Source: an uncultured candidate division Zixibacteria bacterium (GTDB lineage: Bacteria > Zixibacteria > MSB-5A5 > GN15 > FEB-12). Taken from it: 64,000 bases of DNA. The position numbers and the translations under genes were made by a program. Shown here in pieces: positions 50,263-59,920 of the stretch. Each line of letters opens with the position of its first letter. Position 1 is the first letter of the stretch. The notes beneath the pieces were generated by a model. It made no database searches, was not told the DNA's origin, and saw only the letters and a list, made by a program, of their open reading frames with translations. The stretch lies in contig CAWDXE010000007.1 of assembly GCA_963806185.1 (NCBI GenBank), positions 288,001 to 352,000 of the forward strand, given 5' to 3'.

Positions 50263-50270
50263 GCCGACAA
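50244..50270 (+). promoter_or_regulatory. sigma28-like promoter of the FHA-kinase operon, overlapping the dusB start codon
   Basis: TCAAGTTT-N11-GCCGACAA versus consensus TAAAGTTT-N11-GCCGATAA. Confidence 0.55.
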
Positions 50271-50389
50271 TATACCAAAACCGCCTCGATTAGCCAAATG
50301 AGGCCGTTCGCTATTTTGCCGGCCAATCGACGGTGGCGTGGTCCGTTTGCTATGAAGTTCTGTGATGCAAATACGTGAAAGGAATCGCC

Positions 50390-51085
50390 ATGCCCGAGAT
50401 CATCGTCAAATTCGAAGACAAGGTCATCGAAAGAATCGTGACCGAGAAGAAGCGAATCTCCATCGGCCGGACCAACGAGAATGACGTCGTGCTTGAAAAC
50501 CGCGGAGTCTCGCGCAAGCACGCCATGATCGAATTCAATAACAGTGCCGCCGTCATCATCGACAACGAATCCCTCAACGGTACCTTTGTCAATAACCGGA
50601 AGGTGACCGAAGAAATCCTTCGCAACGAGGACGTGATCACCATCGGCAAGTACTCACTGATCTACCATACGGAAGCGACGCAGCGGGTCGACGATCTGGC
50701 CAACATGGACGGGACGATGGTGCTCAACACCAAACGCCAGAAGGAACTGGTGGAGAATGACAAGATGGAGCGTCAATTGGTCGCCAAGTACGGCGGCTCG
50801 GTGCTCATCGGCGAAGAAAACACCGACTTTGCAGAGTACAAGCTCGACCGCGAAGTGACGACGATCGGCAAGGCCAAATTCGTGCACGTCAGAGCCAAAG
50901 GCTTCTTCCTCTCGGGCATTCAGGCGAAAATTGTCAATGACGCTGCCGGCTACTCGGTCGTGAATCTCGGTCGTTCGGGCAAGACCAAGGTAAACGGCGA
51001 AGCGGTCAGCCGGGCCGTCCTGAAAAACGGTGACATCCTCTGTGTCGGCAACAGCACGTTCAAATTCGTAGAGGGCAAAGCATAA
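50390..51085 (+). CDS. Tandem FHA-domain protein
   Basis: FHA1 IGR...VSRKHA...SLNGTFVN; FHA2 degenerate. Confidence 0.88.
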   Translation: MPEIIVKFEDKVIERIVTEKKRISIGRTNENDVVLENRGVSRKHAMIEFNNSAAVIIDNESLNGTFVNNRKVTEEILRNEDVITIGKYSLIYHTEATQRVDDLANMDGTMVLNTKRQKELVENDKMERQLVAKYGGSVLIGEENTDFAEYKLDREVTTIGKAKFVHVRAKGFFLSGIQAKIVNDAAGYSVVNLGRSGKTKVNGEAVSRAVLKNGDILCVGNSTFKFVEGKA

Positions 51086-51813
51086 TGCGATTGGCACTAT
51101 TATCGGATATTCATGCCAATCTGGAAGCACTTCAGGGCGTGCTCCGGGATTGCGAGTCCCAGCAGCTCGACAAAATCTGCTGTCTCGGCGACGTGGTCGG
51201 CTATGGCTGTGATCCCGCCGAATGCCTGGCGCTAGTGCAGCAGAGCTGCTCGATCGTGCTCATGGGCAATCATGAGTTTGCCGTACTGGGCAAGCTTTCT
51301 CATGAGACCATGAATCAGGTGGCGCGCCATTCCCTGGCCGTCACCAAAACTCAACTGGTCGATCGTCACCTGGCGTATCTTGACAGCCTTCCGTTCACGG
51401 CCGTGCTTGACGACGTCCTGCTGGTGCATGCCTCTCCTCACGAACCGGAGCGCTGGCACTACATCCTGTCGCTCCCCGCGGCTGTCTGCGGTTTTGAAGC
51501 GTTTACCGAGCGGATGGCGTTTTTCGGACACACGCATTTGCCGACGATTTTCTCGGCTTCGTCCGACGGCGAGCATCATGCCCGCACCGGCCATTCTTTC
51601 GATCCCGATGAAGATTCCAGATACCTTGTCAACGTCGGCTCCGTCGGGCAGCCGCGCGATGATGATCCCCGAGCCTGCTATGTGGTGTACGACACCGAAG
51701 CGGCCGAAATTAGTTATCGTCGGGTGGAATACGATTTCCGCCTGACCCAGCAAAAAATGGCCAAGGCCGATATCCCCCAGGTGCTCATTGATCGGCTGAA
51801 GGTCGGCCGGTAG
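51085..51813 (+). CDS. Calcineurin-like metallophosphoesterase
   Basis: DIHAN, GDVVGYG, GNHE, FGHTH, GSVGQPRD. Confidence 0.92.
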   Translation: MRLALLSDIHANLEALQGVLRDCESQQLDKICCLGDVVGYGCDPAECLALVQQSCSIVLMGNHEFAVLGKLSHETMNQVARHSLAVTKTQLVDRHLAYLDSLPFTAVLDDVLLVHASPHEPERWHYILSLPAAVCGFEAFTERMAFFGHTHLPTIFSASSDGEHHARTGHSFDPDEDSRYLVNVGSVGQPRDDDPRACYVVYDTEAAEISYRRVEYDFRLTQQKMAKADIPQVLIDRLKVGR

Positions 51814-51823
51814 GAGATTCGTC

Positions 51824-54295
51824 ATGAGAAAGTACGCCGCAAATATCATTTACTTGTTGCTGTCCATCTTCGTGGTGGTGCTCTACATGAACGATTTCGG
51901 GCCGGTACACCGCGCCCAGCGATCGATGAACGATTGGCTTTGCAAGGTGACGGCGTCCGAAGACCAGTCGCCGAACGTGGCGATCGTATCCATAGATGCC
52001 CGCGCCCAGAAGCAGTTCGGCGCCTGGCCCTGGAACTACGACCGCGTCGCCGACCTGGTCGCGGCTACCGCGGGAGCGGAGGCCAAAGCGATCGTTCTTG
52101 ATTTCCCGTTGAATGAGAACTCCGCTCAGGACTCGGCCGGCAATACGCGTATTTTGGCCGGGCAACTTTCCTGGGCCAAGCAGTCCGTCCTCCAGTATGA
52201 CGTGGCCCTGGCCACGTATCGCACTACCAAAACGTCCAATCCGAAGTTCCTCTTCACCAACTCGATCGGTGTCGACAATCCGCTGGGCGAATTGGGCGAT
52301 CACAGCAGTCTGCAATGCCGGAGGATCTTCCTTCCCGCCGAGAAACTGCTTGATGCCGGGTCAAAACTGGGATTCGATTACGACGCTCCTGATGACGACG
52401 GCACGCTGCGGGGACATTCGCTCTTCATGCATTATGAAGGGTATTACTATCCGTCTATGGCGTTGGCTGCGGCGGCACAGTTCCTGAATATCCCGCAGGA
52501 CCAGATCAAAATCAGGGATGGTGAGTTCATTCAACTTGGTTCGCAGCGAACCATTCCAATAGACCATAACGGCCAGTACTTCATTCGCTTCTCCGACGGG
52601 AATCCGTTCGTGACCTATTCAGCGGCCGACGTTCTATCCAACGGCTTTGAGTTCTCCCATCTGAAGGGAAAAGTAGTGCTCATCGGCCCGGATGCCGGTG
52701 ACGAACAGGAGATTTTCAGAACCTCGACCTACCCAACGGTCCCTGCGATTCAGGTTAAGGCCACAGTCATAGACAATATCATTAATGGTCGCATGATTCA
52801 GATTCGCGACAATGTGTCGAGCGCCCAGATGCTGATTATGTTCTTGCTGGGCGGAATTGCCGCCTTTGTGCTGCCCAAGGTTTCATCGACATTTCGCCAG
52901 GTCGTTCTCCTGGGCGGTCTGGTGGTACTTGCGAACGTCGCCTTCTTGATGCTCAGCTCCATGAATACACTGACCGATTTTGCCTTCATCGGACTCGAAT
53001 TGATCCTCTTTATGATAGCGTCGCCGTTTATAGACGCCCAGATGGTCACGGGCGAAATCGCGGCCCCCAAGGCCGACAAGCATCGGACTCCCAAGCTCAG
53101 CCGCGAGGATATGAATCGACCGATCCCCGTGCGCGAACTGAAATCACGTCCTACTGATGCCGAATATGAGCGCACCGCTGTGCTCGGCCCGGACAATTCT
53201 GTTCAGGGACCGTCGGATAAAACATCCGCCAATCAACCGTACGATCATCAGACGCTCTCAGCTGACGTCGACCTGTCCTCCGACCAAGGCGGCGGAAGCG
53301 ACTCCGGTCGTGTAAAAGGTTCTGCTCAGCCGAATCCGGATTGGGAAGACCCCTCTGCCATTAATCTGCCTGATGATGAACAGGAGAGCGCTCCGCGGCC
53401 AAGCGGCCCTTCGCCGCTTTCCGACAGCGACCGCCTCGGCGGCATGCCATTGACTGAAATCAAGAGCCTCGGCCGCTACCAGATCATCGGCACCCTCGGC
53501 AAAGGCGCCATGGGGCTCGTCTATAAGGGAATCGACCCGGCCATCAACCGCCCCGTTGCTCTCAAGACCATTCGCCTGGACTTTGTCAACGATCCCACGG
53601 AGATGGAAGAACTGCGCGAACGCCTGCACCGCGAAGCACAGGCGGCCGGCAAGCTGTCCCATCCGAATATCGTGACGATCTACGACGTCGGTTCCGAAGG
53701 CTTCCTGCAGTACATTGCCATGGAATACCTCGAAGGTCAGACGCTCGAGGATATGATCAAGAAGAAAACCAAGTTCAATTACAAGATCATCGCCCAGATC
53801 ATCACCCAGATCTGCATGGCGCTCGACTATGCTCACGAACGAGGCATCGTGCATCGTGACATTAAGCCGGCCAATATCATGGTGCTGAAGGATTACAGCG
53901 TCAAGGTAATGGATTACGGCATTGCTCGCATCGACTCCAACTCGATGACCAAGACCGGCGTCGCCATGGGGACGCCGAACTACATCTCGCCGGAACAACT
54001 CCGCGGTCTCACCATCGATCGTCGCGCCGATCTCTTCTCACTCGGCGTAGTAATGTACGAGATGCTGATCGGCCGCAGACCCTTCCGCGGCGAGAATATC
54101 ACATCGCTGATTTATTCGATTCTGAACAATGATCCGGAAAAGCCGTCGAATATTAATCCGCAGATTCCGCTCCTTTTTGATCACGTGATCATGAAGGCTC
54201 TGCGCAAGGACCCCAGCGAGCGGTACCAGCGGGCTTCAGAGGTGACCAACGAACTGGCAGAATTTGTCACGTCGTTTGCGCCCAAGCCTCGCTGA
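51824..54295 (+). CDS. CHASE2-domain membrane Ser/Thr protein kinase
   Basis: CHASE2 (IVSID...FGAWPW, DDDGTLR), 3 TM, kinase GKGAMG, VALK, HRDIKPAN, DYG. Confidence 0.92.
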   Translation: MRKYAANIIYLLLSIFVVVLYMNDFGPVHRAQRSMNDWLCKVTASEDQSPNVAIVSIDARAQKQFGAWPWNYDRVADLVAATAGAEAKAIVLDFPLNENSAQDSAGNTRILAGQLSWAKQSVLQYDVALATYRTTKTSNPKFLFTNSIGVDNPLGELGDHSSLQCRRIFLPAEKLLDAGSKLGFDYDAPDDDGTLRGHSLFMHYEGYYYPSMALAAAAQFLNIPQDQIKIRDGEFIQLGSQRTIPIDHNGQYFIRFSDGNPFVTYSAADVLSNGFEFSHLKGKVVLIGPDAGDEQEIFRTSTYPTVPAIQVKATVIDNIINGRMIQIRDNVSSAQMLIMFLLGGIAAFVLPKVSSTFRQVVLLGGLVVLANVAFLMLSSMNTLTDFAFIGLELILFMIASPFIDAQMVTGEIAAPKADKHRTPKLSREDMNRPIPVRELKSRPTDAEYERTAVLGPDNSVQGPSDKTSANQPYDHQTLSADVDLSSDQGGGSDSGRVKGSAQPNPDWEDPSAINLPDDEQESAPRPSGPSPLSDSDRLGGMPLTEIKSLGRYQIIGTLGKGAMGLVYKGIDPAINRPVALKTIRLDFVNDPTEMEELRERLHREAQAAGKLSHPNIVTIYDVGSEGFLQYIAMEYLEGQTLEDMIKKKTKFNYKIIAQIITQICMALDYAHERGIVHRDIKPANIMVLKDYSVKVMDYGIARIDSNSMTKTGVAMGTPNYISPEQLRGLTIDRRADLFSLGVVMYEMLIGRRPFRGENITSLIYSILNNDPEKPSNINPQIPLLFDHVIMKALRKDPSERYQRASEVTNELAEFVTSFAPKPR

Positions 54296-54308
54296 AGTCA
54301 TGAAAAGG

Positions 54309-54340
54309 AAAAACGCCCTGCACCTGCAGGGCGTTTTTTT
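54309..54340. terminator. Bidirectional terminator
   Basis: AAAAACGCCCTGCA-CC-TGCAGGGCGTTTTTTT. Confidence 0.9.
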
Positions 54341-54360
54341 GTTCCGGACAATAATGCCTT

Positions 54361-56400
54361 CTACCAGATGCTGATCTTCTGATCGGCTTGACGCATCATT
54401 TTGGAATCGGCGGTGCAGCCAAAGGCCTGCTCGAACTCCGCCGAATTCGAGAGCGGGCCCAGCACGCGGAATTCGTCCGGTGAATGCGGGTCGGTCTGCA
54501 CCTGTACCTTGATCGTCTGCGGACGGAACTGGCCGCGCCAGGCCGCGGCATAGGCAAGGAAGAAGCGCTGTTCCGGTGTGAAACCGTCGATCTTCGGCTG
54601 CGGCTTACCGGCCAGTTGTTTCTCGAGCGCATAGTACGCCACCTTCACGCCGCCCAGGTCGCCAATGTTCTCACCAAGCGTGAGCTGACCATTGACGTGC
54701 AGTGAGTCCACCGCGATATACTCGTTGAACTGCTCAACCAGCTTCTGCGTGAGACTGTCAAATACTTTGCGGTCGACCTCGGTCCACCAGCTCGACAAGT
54801 TACCGTCGGCGTCGTACTGACTACCTTCGTCGTCGAAGCCGTGGGATATCTCGTGACCGATCACCGCGCCCATGGCGCCATAGTTGGACGCATCGTCCGC
54901 GTCGGGGTCGAACATCGGCGGCTGCAGTATGGCAGCGGGGAAGACGATCTCGTTCATCAGCGGATTGTAGTACGCGTTGATCGTCTGCGGCGTCATACCC
55001 CATTCGGTCCGATCCACCGGCTGGCCGATCTTGTTGAGCTGGCGATGAAATTCAAAATTGCGCGCCCGGCGAATATTATCGTAATACGACTCCCGACCGA
55101 CCGTCAGCGCGGAGTAATCGCGCCACTTGTCCGGATAGCCGATCTTGTAGTTGAACTTCGCCAGTTTGGCAAGCGCTTTCTGCTTGGTCTCCGGACCGAG
55201 AAAAGGAGCCTGATTGATGCGGTCCTTCATAGCCGCGAGCAGGTTCTTCACCATCTCCTCGGCTTTCTGTTTGGCGCGTGGGGGGAAGGCTTTTTCGACA
55301 TACGTCTGTCCCAGTACTTCACCCAGCGCGAAGTCGGTGGCAGCCTGAACGCGTTTCCAGCGATCACGAATCTGCTGACTGCCGCGAAGCGTCTTGGCGT
55401 AGAAGTCGAAATCCTCATTCACAAAGTCAGTACTGAGCGTCGCCGCCGCGCCGTGAATCAAATGCCAGCGGAAATAGGCCTGCCAGTTGTCGGCCGATAC
55501 CTCGCCCAGCATCTTGTTCATTTCGGCAAAAAACTTCGGGTGGGCGAAGGAGAACGATGCCAGTTGCGGCTCATTGATCGCCGTCAGATAATTGGTCCAA
55601 CTGAAGTTCGGCGTCTGGGTGTCGGCTTCCTTCACCGTGATATAATTGTACCAGGTATTCGGATCACGCTGTTCGACCGCCGTGAGCGAAGCGTTCGCGA
55701 GGCGGGTTTCCATCTGTAAGACCGCGTCGGCATCGGCCTTGGCCTTTTCGTCAGGTTCACCCACCAGCGTAAACATGTTGGCCATGTGAACGACATACTT
55801 GTCGCGAAGCTGCTTGGACTCGTCGTCCGTGCGGGTGTAATAGTCGCGATCCGGCAATCCTAACCCGCTCTGCGTCGCATAGAGGATGATCTGAGTGGAA
55901 TTCTTCATGTCCTGATCCGCGCCGACGTCAAAAACAAACGGCATGCCCTTCGCGTGAGATTCGCCGATGAATTTCACGACGTCGGCTTCGGATTTCAACG
56001 CCGCGATGCGGGCCAGTTCCGGTTCGAGCGGTTTGTAACGGTCGGCCTCGATTTTCACCGTGTCCATGGCCACGCTATAGAAGTCGCCGATTTTCTGACG
56101 CGGCGTACCTGGTTTGGCGGTCTTGTCGGCCGCGGCTTCATCAAGAATGGCGTGCAGGGTGTTCAGGTTCTTTTCGTACATCACGTACGACAATCCCCAG
56201 CCATTGTACTGGGGCGGAATCGGATTGCCGGCCAGCCACGGGCCATTGACATACTGCCAGAAATTGTCGCACGGGCTGACTTTGGCGTCGTACACTGACG
56301 GGTCCACGATCTTGTCGTTTTGCGCGAGAGCGGCTGTGGCGGCCACCAGTGAGGCGGCGACAATAACTGCGCTCGCAAGGCGAATGAACTGCTGTCTCAT
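54361..56400 (-). CDS. M13 metalloendopeptidase (PepO/neprilysin-like)
   Basis: INAYY, HEISH, GENIGD, DPHSP; signal peptide. Confidence 0.95.
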   Translation of the reverse strand: MRQQFIRLASAVIVAASLVAATAALAQNDKIVDPSVYDAKVSPCDNFWQYVNGPWLAGNPIPPQYNGWGLSYVMYEKNLNTLHAILDEAAADKTAKPGTPRQKIGDFYSVAMDTVKIEADRYKPLEPELARIAALKSEADVVKFIGESHAKGMPFVFDVGADQDMKNSTQIILYATQSGLGLPDRDYYTRTDDESKQLRDKYVVHMANMFTLVGEPDEKAKADADAVLQMETRLANASLTAVEQRDPNTWYNYITVKEADTQTPNFSWTNYLTAINEPQLASFSFAHPKFFAEMNKMLGEVSADNWQAYFRWHLIHGAAATLSTDFVNEDFDFYAKTLRGSQQIRDRWKRVQAATDFALGEVLGQTYVEKAFPPRAKQKAEEMVKNLLAAMKDRINQAPFLGPETKQKALAKLAKFNYKIGYPDKWRDYSALTVGRESYYDNIRRARNFEFHRQLNKIGQPVDRTEWGMTPQTINAYYNPLMNEIVFPAAILQPPMFDPDADDASNYGAMGAVIGHEISHGFDDEGSQYDADGNLSSWWTEVDRKVFDSLTQKLVEQFNEYIAVDSLHVNGQLTLGENIGDLGGVKVAYYALEKQLAGKPQPKIDGFTPEQRFFLAYAAAWRGQFRPQTIKVQVQTDPHSPDEFRVLGPLSNSAEFEQAFGCTADSKMMRQADQKISIW

Positions 56401-56554
56401 GCTCTGTGTCCTCTATCCCTTTTCTCTATCGATTCTATCGACCGACGGTGAATCCGCCCGTCGATTGTAACCATAAGTCTATAATACGAACGAGAGATAG
56501 GAATTGTTCGAGAGAAAGTCAACCGATCGGCCGATGGTTCTGACGGCCCCATGA

Positions 56555-57073
56555 TTAGTGCGCACTGCCGATTTCGGCCAGTAGCCTGTCGAGATCAAGC
56601 GGCAAGTTGACCAGATCGTATGATCCGTCCGGGTTTTTCGGCCATTGGTCTTTCGGACGGTCGCAATAGAGTTCGATACCGTTATAGTCGGGGTCGTGAA
56701 TATAGATCGCTTCGCTGGCCCCGTGATCGGCGGCGCCGTCAATCGGCCACCGATTATCGACCAGCCGTTTCAGCGCGGTTGCGAGCGCCGTTCGAGAGGG
56801 ATAGAGGAAAGCCACGTGAAATAATCCGGTGCTCGTTTTGGGCGGGGGAGAGCCGCCCAGGCTCTGCCAGGTGTTGAGTCCGACATGATGATGGTACCCT
56901 CCGGCCGACAGGAATGCTGCCTGATTGCCCATGCGGGCTACCACTTCAAAGCCGAGCACGCGGGTGTAGAAATCGATCGCTCTCGGCAAGTCGGCAACTT
57001 TCAGATGAATGTGCCCAACGCGCGCTTGCGGATCGATCGGGTCGGGTTTCCTGTCGTTTTGCGACTCGCTCAT
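56555..57073 (-). CDS. VOC/glyoxalase-family protein (CatE-like)
   Basis: GHIHLKV, GGYHHHVGLNTW, TGLFH, DH..SEAIY..DPD.NGIELY. Confidence 0.9.
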   Translation of the reverse strand: MSESQNDRKPDPIDPQARVGHIHLKVADLPRAIDFYTRVLGFEVVARMGNQAAFLSAGGYHHHVGLNTWQSLGGSPPPKTSTGLFHVAFLYPSRTALATALKRLVDNRWPIDGAADHGASEAIYIHDPDYNGIELYCDRPKDQWPKNPDGSYDLVNLPLDLDRLLAEIGSAH

Positions 57074-57121
57074 GCCGCAATATATGGACACCTCTGGTCG
57101 ATTGTAAAGCGGGCTGCCGGT

Positions 57122-57808
57122 CTAATCTCCGGTAGGCGTTGGGCGGAACTCCGCGACCAGACTCGACTGGTCCACCTCGCTCAGCCGACATTGGACGCCG
57201 GCCTGCTGCGCCAGACGCTGGAATTCTTCACCCGTCGCGGTGCGAGCCGTGAAGCCGTCGGTGCAGGCGATGATGCCGTTGCCAGTTTTTTGATAGTCGA
57301 TCGGCCCGACCAGTCCGGCAGCCGACTGAGCTTCGAACCAGGCGAGACGATCGTTCCAGAACGCGGGGGAGTAGGTCGAAAAATAGACTGCGCCGTCTGG
57401 TGTGACAACCCGAAGGCATTCATTGAGCATGGTCAGCGGTTCGATCTTGAACGCAGAAATGCCGTTTTGCAGGCAGAAGAGGCGGTCAAATGAATTGGGA
57501 CGGAACGCGAGCCGGCCGGCATCCATGCACACTAATTCAAAAGGGCGATCTGGCCCGTATTCGGCACAGCCGAATTGCAGGCTGACTTCTGAGGTATCGA
57601 TTCCAACTGCTAACTCGCAGGCGGAAGAAAGAGATGCCAGAATCCTGCCGTAACCGCAACCCAGTTCGAGAATGGTGTCCGTGGGTTGAATCACCGAACG
57701 GGCGTAATCGATTTCCGCCTGCAGATACTGGCGTACCCGGGGCGGGGCAAGTTCGTAGCAGCGCTTGAGTCGCTCGCCTGCCAGACCTGCTTTGTAGTAA
57801 CCGGACAT
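57122..57808 (-). CDS. Class I SAM-dependent methyltransferase
   Basis: ILELGCGYGR, GID, MDA..L. Confidence 0.85.
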   Translation of the reverse strand: MSGYYKAGLAGERLKRCYELAPPRVRQYLQAEIDYARSVIQPTDTILELGCGYGRILASLSSACELAVGIDTSEVSLQFGCAEYGPDRPFELVCMDAGRLAFRPNSFDRLFCLQNGISAFKIEPLTMLNECLRVVTPDGAVYFSTYSPAFWNDRLAWFEAQSAAGLVGPIDYQKTGNGIIACTDGFTARTATGEEFQRLAQQAGVQCRLSEVDQSSLVAEFRPTPTGD

Positions 57809-57832
57809 GGACGCACTTCCGCAAGATCGTTG

Positions 57833-58393
57833 TTATTCCGGTGAATCGTATTCTTCTTCGCTATCGGGGGAGTAAACGCGAACCAGCGTCATATGCTCAG
57901 TGGCATCAGCATAACAGCCGACCAGCTGCACCGTGTCCTGAGATATGCTTTCAACCTCGTACGAAAACTTCATGTCTCCGTCGACTCGCAAATAGTAGAC
58001 GGGTTCACCGGGGTTGCAGCGCGATTCATCCAGCGCCAGCTCATAGGTGGCCTCCACCGGGACTGAGGTCGTCGTGTCGTCGACCCAATGCTCAGACTCA
58101 AGTGTCCCGTTGGGATTAAATGTCCAATAGGTCTCCAGTGGATTGCCGTTCGCGTCGACGCGGGAGTCGAGCCAGGTGCCGACCAGCCCTCCCTCGACAT
58201 AATCCGGTTGGGGTGGTTCTGGAGGGGGCTGACGGTCATCCGGGCCGCCGACGTAGAGGAATACGCAGGAGGTTGTGAGCAATCCGCTCACGATAGCCAC
58301 AATCCAAAGCGCTCTAATGATGAACAACGAAAACTGTCGCGGCGAATGGCGTAGCATCCTGAGTAATGACGAGAAACGAGACGGCAATATCAA
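57833..58393 (-). CDS. Hypothetical lipoprotein with lipocalin-like LVGTW motif (start uncertain)
   Basis: TTSC lipobox; LVGTW...TFNPNGT. Confidence 0.55.
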   Translation of the reverse strand: MILPSRFSSLLRMLRHSPRQFSLFIIRALWIVAIVSGLLTTSCVFLYVGGPDDRQPPPEPPQPDYVEGGLVGTWLDSRVDANGNPLETYWTFNPNGTLESEHWVDDTTTSVPVEATYELALDESRCNPGEPVYYLRVDGDMKFSYEVESISQDTVQLVGCYADATEHMTLVRVYSPDSEEEYDSPE

Positions 58394-58426
58394 GAAATAA
58401 CCGCTATGGCGTAGTCCGGAAATGCG

Positions 58427-58861
58427 TCAGAGCCGGCCGAATAACCGGACAATTCCCCGATGAAACGAGTGCAGGCCGGTCACGCGCCCTGCGTACATGA
58501 GTATGCACTTGCCGCTGACTGTCTGGAGCCCCTTGGCCTGTGCCTTAGCTGCCGCCGTCGAAAAATCCTTCCCCTGTTGAAACCACAAATGGGTAAGGCC
58601 GGCTTTCGCAGCATCGTCAACGACACTTTCAGCCACTGCCGGAGCGACGGCGATGATCGCCGTCTTCACCCCTTTCGGGATCGCCAGAAGGCTGGCAAAA
58701 CAGGGGTCGCCGTCGAATGTCTGGCGGGTCGGATGGACAGGGTAGACGGCCAGCCCACGCTCTTTGAGCGTCTTGTAGATCGCGCCGCCGAATGCCTTGT
58801 CCGATACGCCGACGACGGCGAAGGCATGTTGGGCGGATATCTCCGCGATGGTTGCATTCAT
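58427..58861 (-). CDS. CoA-binding protein (YccU-like)
   Basis: AVVGVS, VYPVHP, LWFQQG, CILM. Confidence 0.88.
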   Translation of the reverse strand: MNATIAEISAQHAFAVVGVSDKAFGGAIYKTLKERGLAVYPVHPTRQTFDGDPCFASLLAIPKGVKTAIIAVAPAVAESVVDDAAKAGLTHLWFQQGKDFSTAAAKAQAKGLQTVSGKCILMYAGRVTGLHSFHRGIVRLFGRL

Positions 58862-58914
58862 ACCAATCGTAACCTCAATTGATTTGCAGGGTCCGCAATG
58901 GACCCATCCGCATG

Positions 58915-59349
58915 CTATTCCTTTGCTGCCTGTAATCGACACCAGGCATAGAGCGCGTCGTAGACATCGAACTGGTGTTGTAGGTTTTCCTCGTCGCCAG
59001 GAAAGCGAAGGCTGAATCCTACGGCTATGGCTTCCAGGCCGGTTGCTACCGGATCGGTGGCCAAATCTTCGTCGATGTCGGCGGCGTGAACAATGCGCGC
59101 TAGTCGCAGTAATGCCTTGTCTTTCAGTTCATACGCGTGGATGATCGATTCAAAGGAACAGCGGCCATCGACGTGTCCCAATTTCACGCCGGGGATGTCG
59201 AATGGAATGGCGTTTTCGGCCTCGGCTCTTGTCTTCACATGCGCAGCTGCGACAAAGAGAAACTCGGCCTCGCTGTCAATGAATCTTGCAATTAACCAGG
59301 GGCAGGCGATCCGATCGACATGAACATGGGAACGAGTGATCCATTTCAT
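58915..59349 (-). CDS. Chromate-resistance ChrB/ChrF-like protein
   Basis: MKWITR..VDRIACPWLI.RFID; PFD; CSF; IVH.AD. Confidence 0.85.
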   Translation of the reverse strand: MKWITRSHVHVDRIACPWLIARFIDSEAEFLFVAAAHVKTRAEAENAIPFDIPGVKLGHVDGRCSFESIIHAYELKDKALLRLARIVHAADIDEDLATDPVATGLEAIAVGFSLRFPGDEENLQHQFDVYDALYAWCRLQAAKE

Positions 59350-59876
59350 TCCGATTCTTCCTTCGGCTTAGTTCTGTGGTCAAGATACTCACTTTCGAGC
59401 ATTCCATACCAGAGCAAATCGTGAAATTTCCCTGAGATCAGCATGGCCTCGCGCATTGAACCCTCGTAGACGAAGCCCAGCCACTTGATCATACGCTCGG
59501 AGCGTTCGTTGCCCCGGATCACGACCGCCACCACTCGGTGAAGGTGCAGTTCGCGAAAGGCATAGTCAAGCATCGTGCGTGACACGCTGGTACCGATACC
59601 CTTTCCCCAGACGCTGACCTCGCCAATGACCATGGCTATTTCGCATTTCCGGCTCTGCTCGTCGATTGACTCGACTGCGGCGTAGCCGACTGGGCTATCG
59701 AGATACATGATGACCTTAACCCAGACCTTGGGTTTGGCTTTGACCCGTTCGAACCATGACTCGACTTCAGGGCGAGTCTTGAGCCGGTCGGAGAGGTAGC
59801 AATTGACAGTCGGATCGGATCGCCAGGTAGCGACGGGATCAAGGTCGTCGGTGATCATATCGCGAAGGGTGAGCAT
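59346..59876 (-). CDS. RimJ/RimL-type GNAT acetyltransferase
   Basis: WGKGIG, YAF..L.LHRV, N..S, GF..EG..R. Confidence 0.88.
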   Translation of the reverse strand: MLTLRDMITDDLDPVATWRSDPTVNCYLSDRLKTRPEVESWFERVKAKPKVWVKVIMYLDSPVGYAAVESIDEQSRKCEIAMVIGEVSVWGKGIGTSVSRTMLDYAFRELHLHRVVAVVIRGNERSERMIKWLGFVYEGSMREAMLISGKFHDLLWYGMLESEYLDHRTKPKEESE

Positions 59877-59920
59877 AGATTATCGTGCCGATTACGGTCA
59901 CGCCATGGATCGGCATGTCG

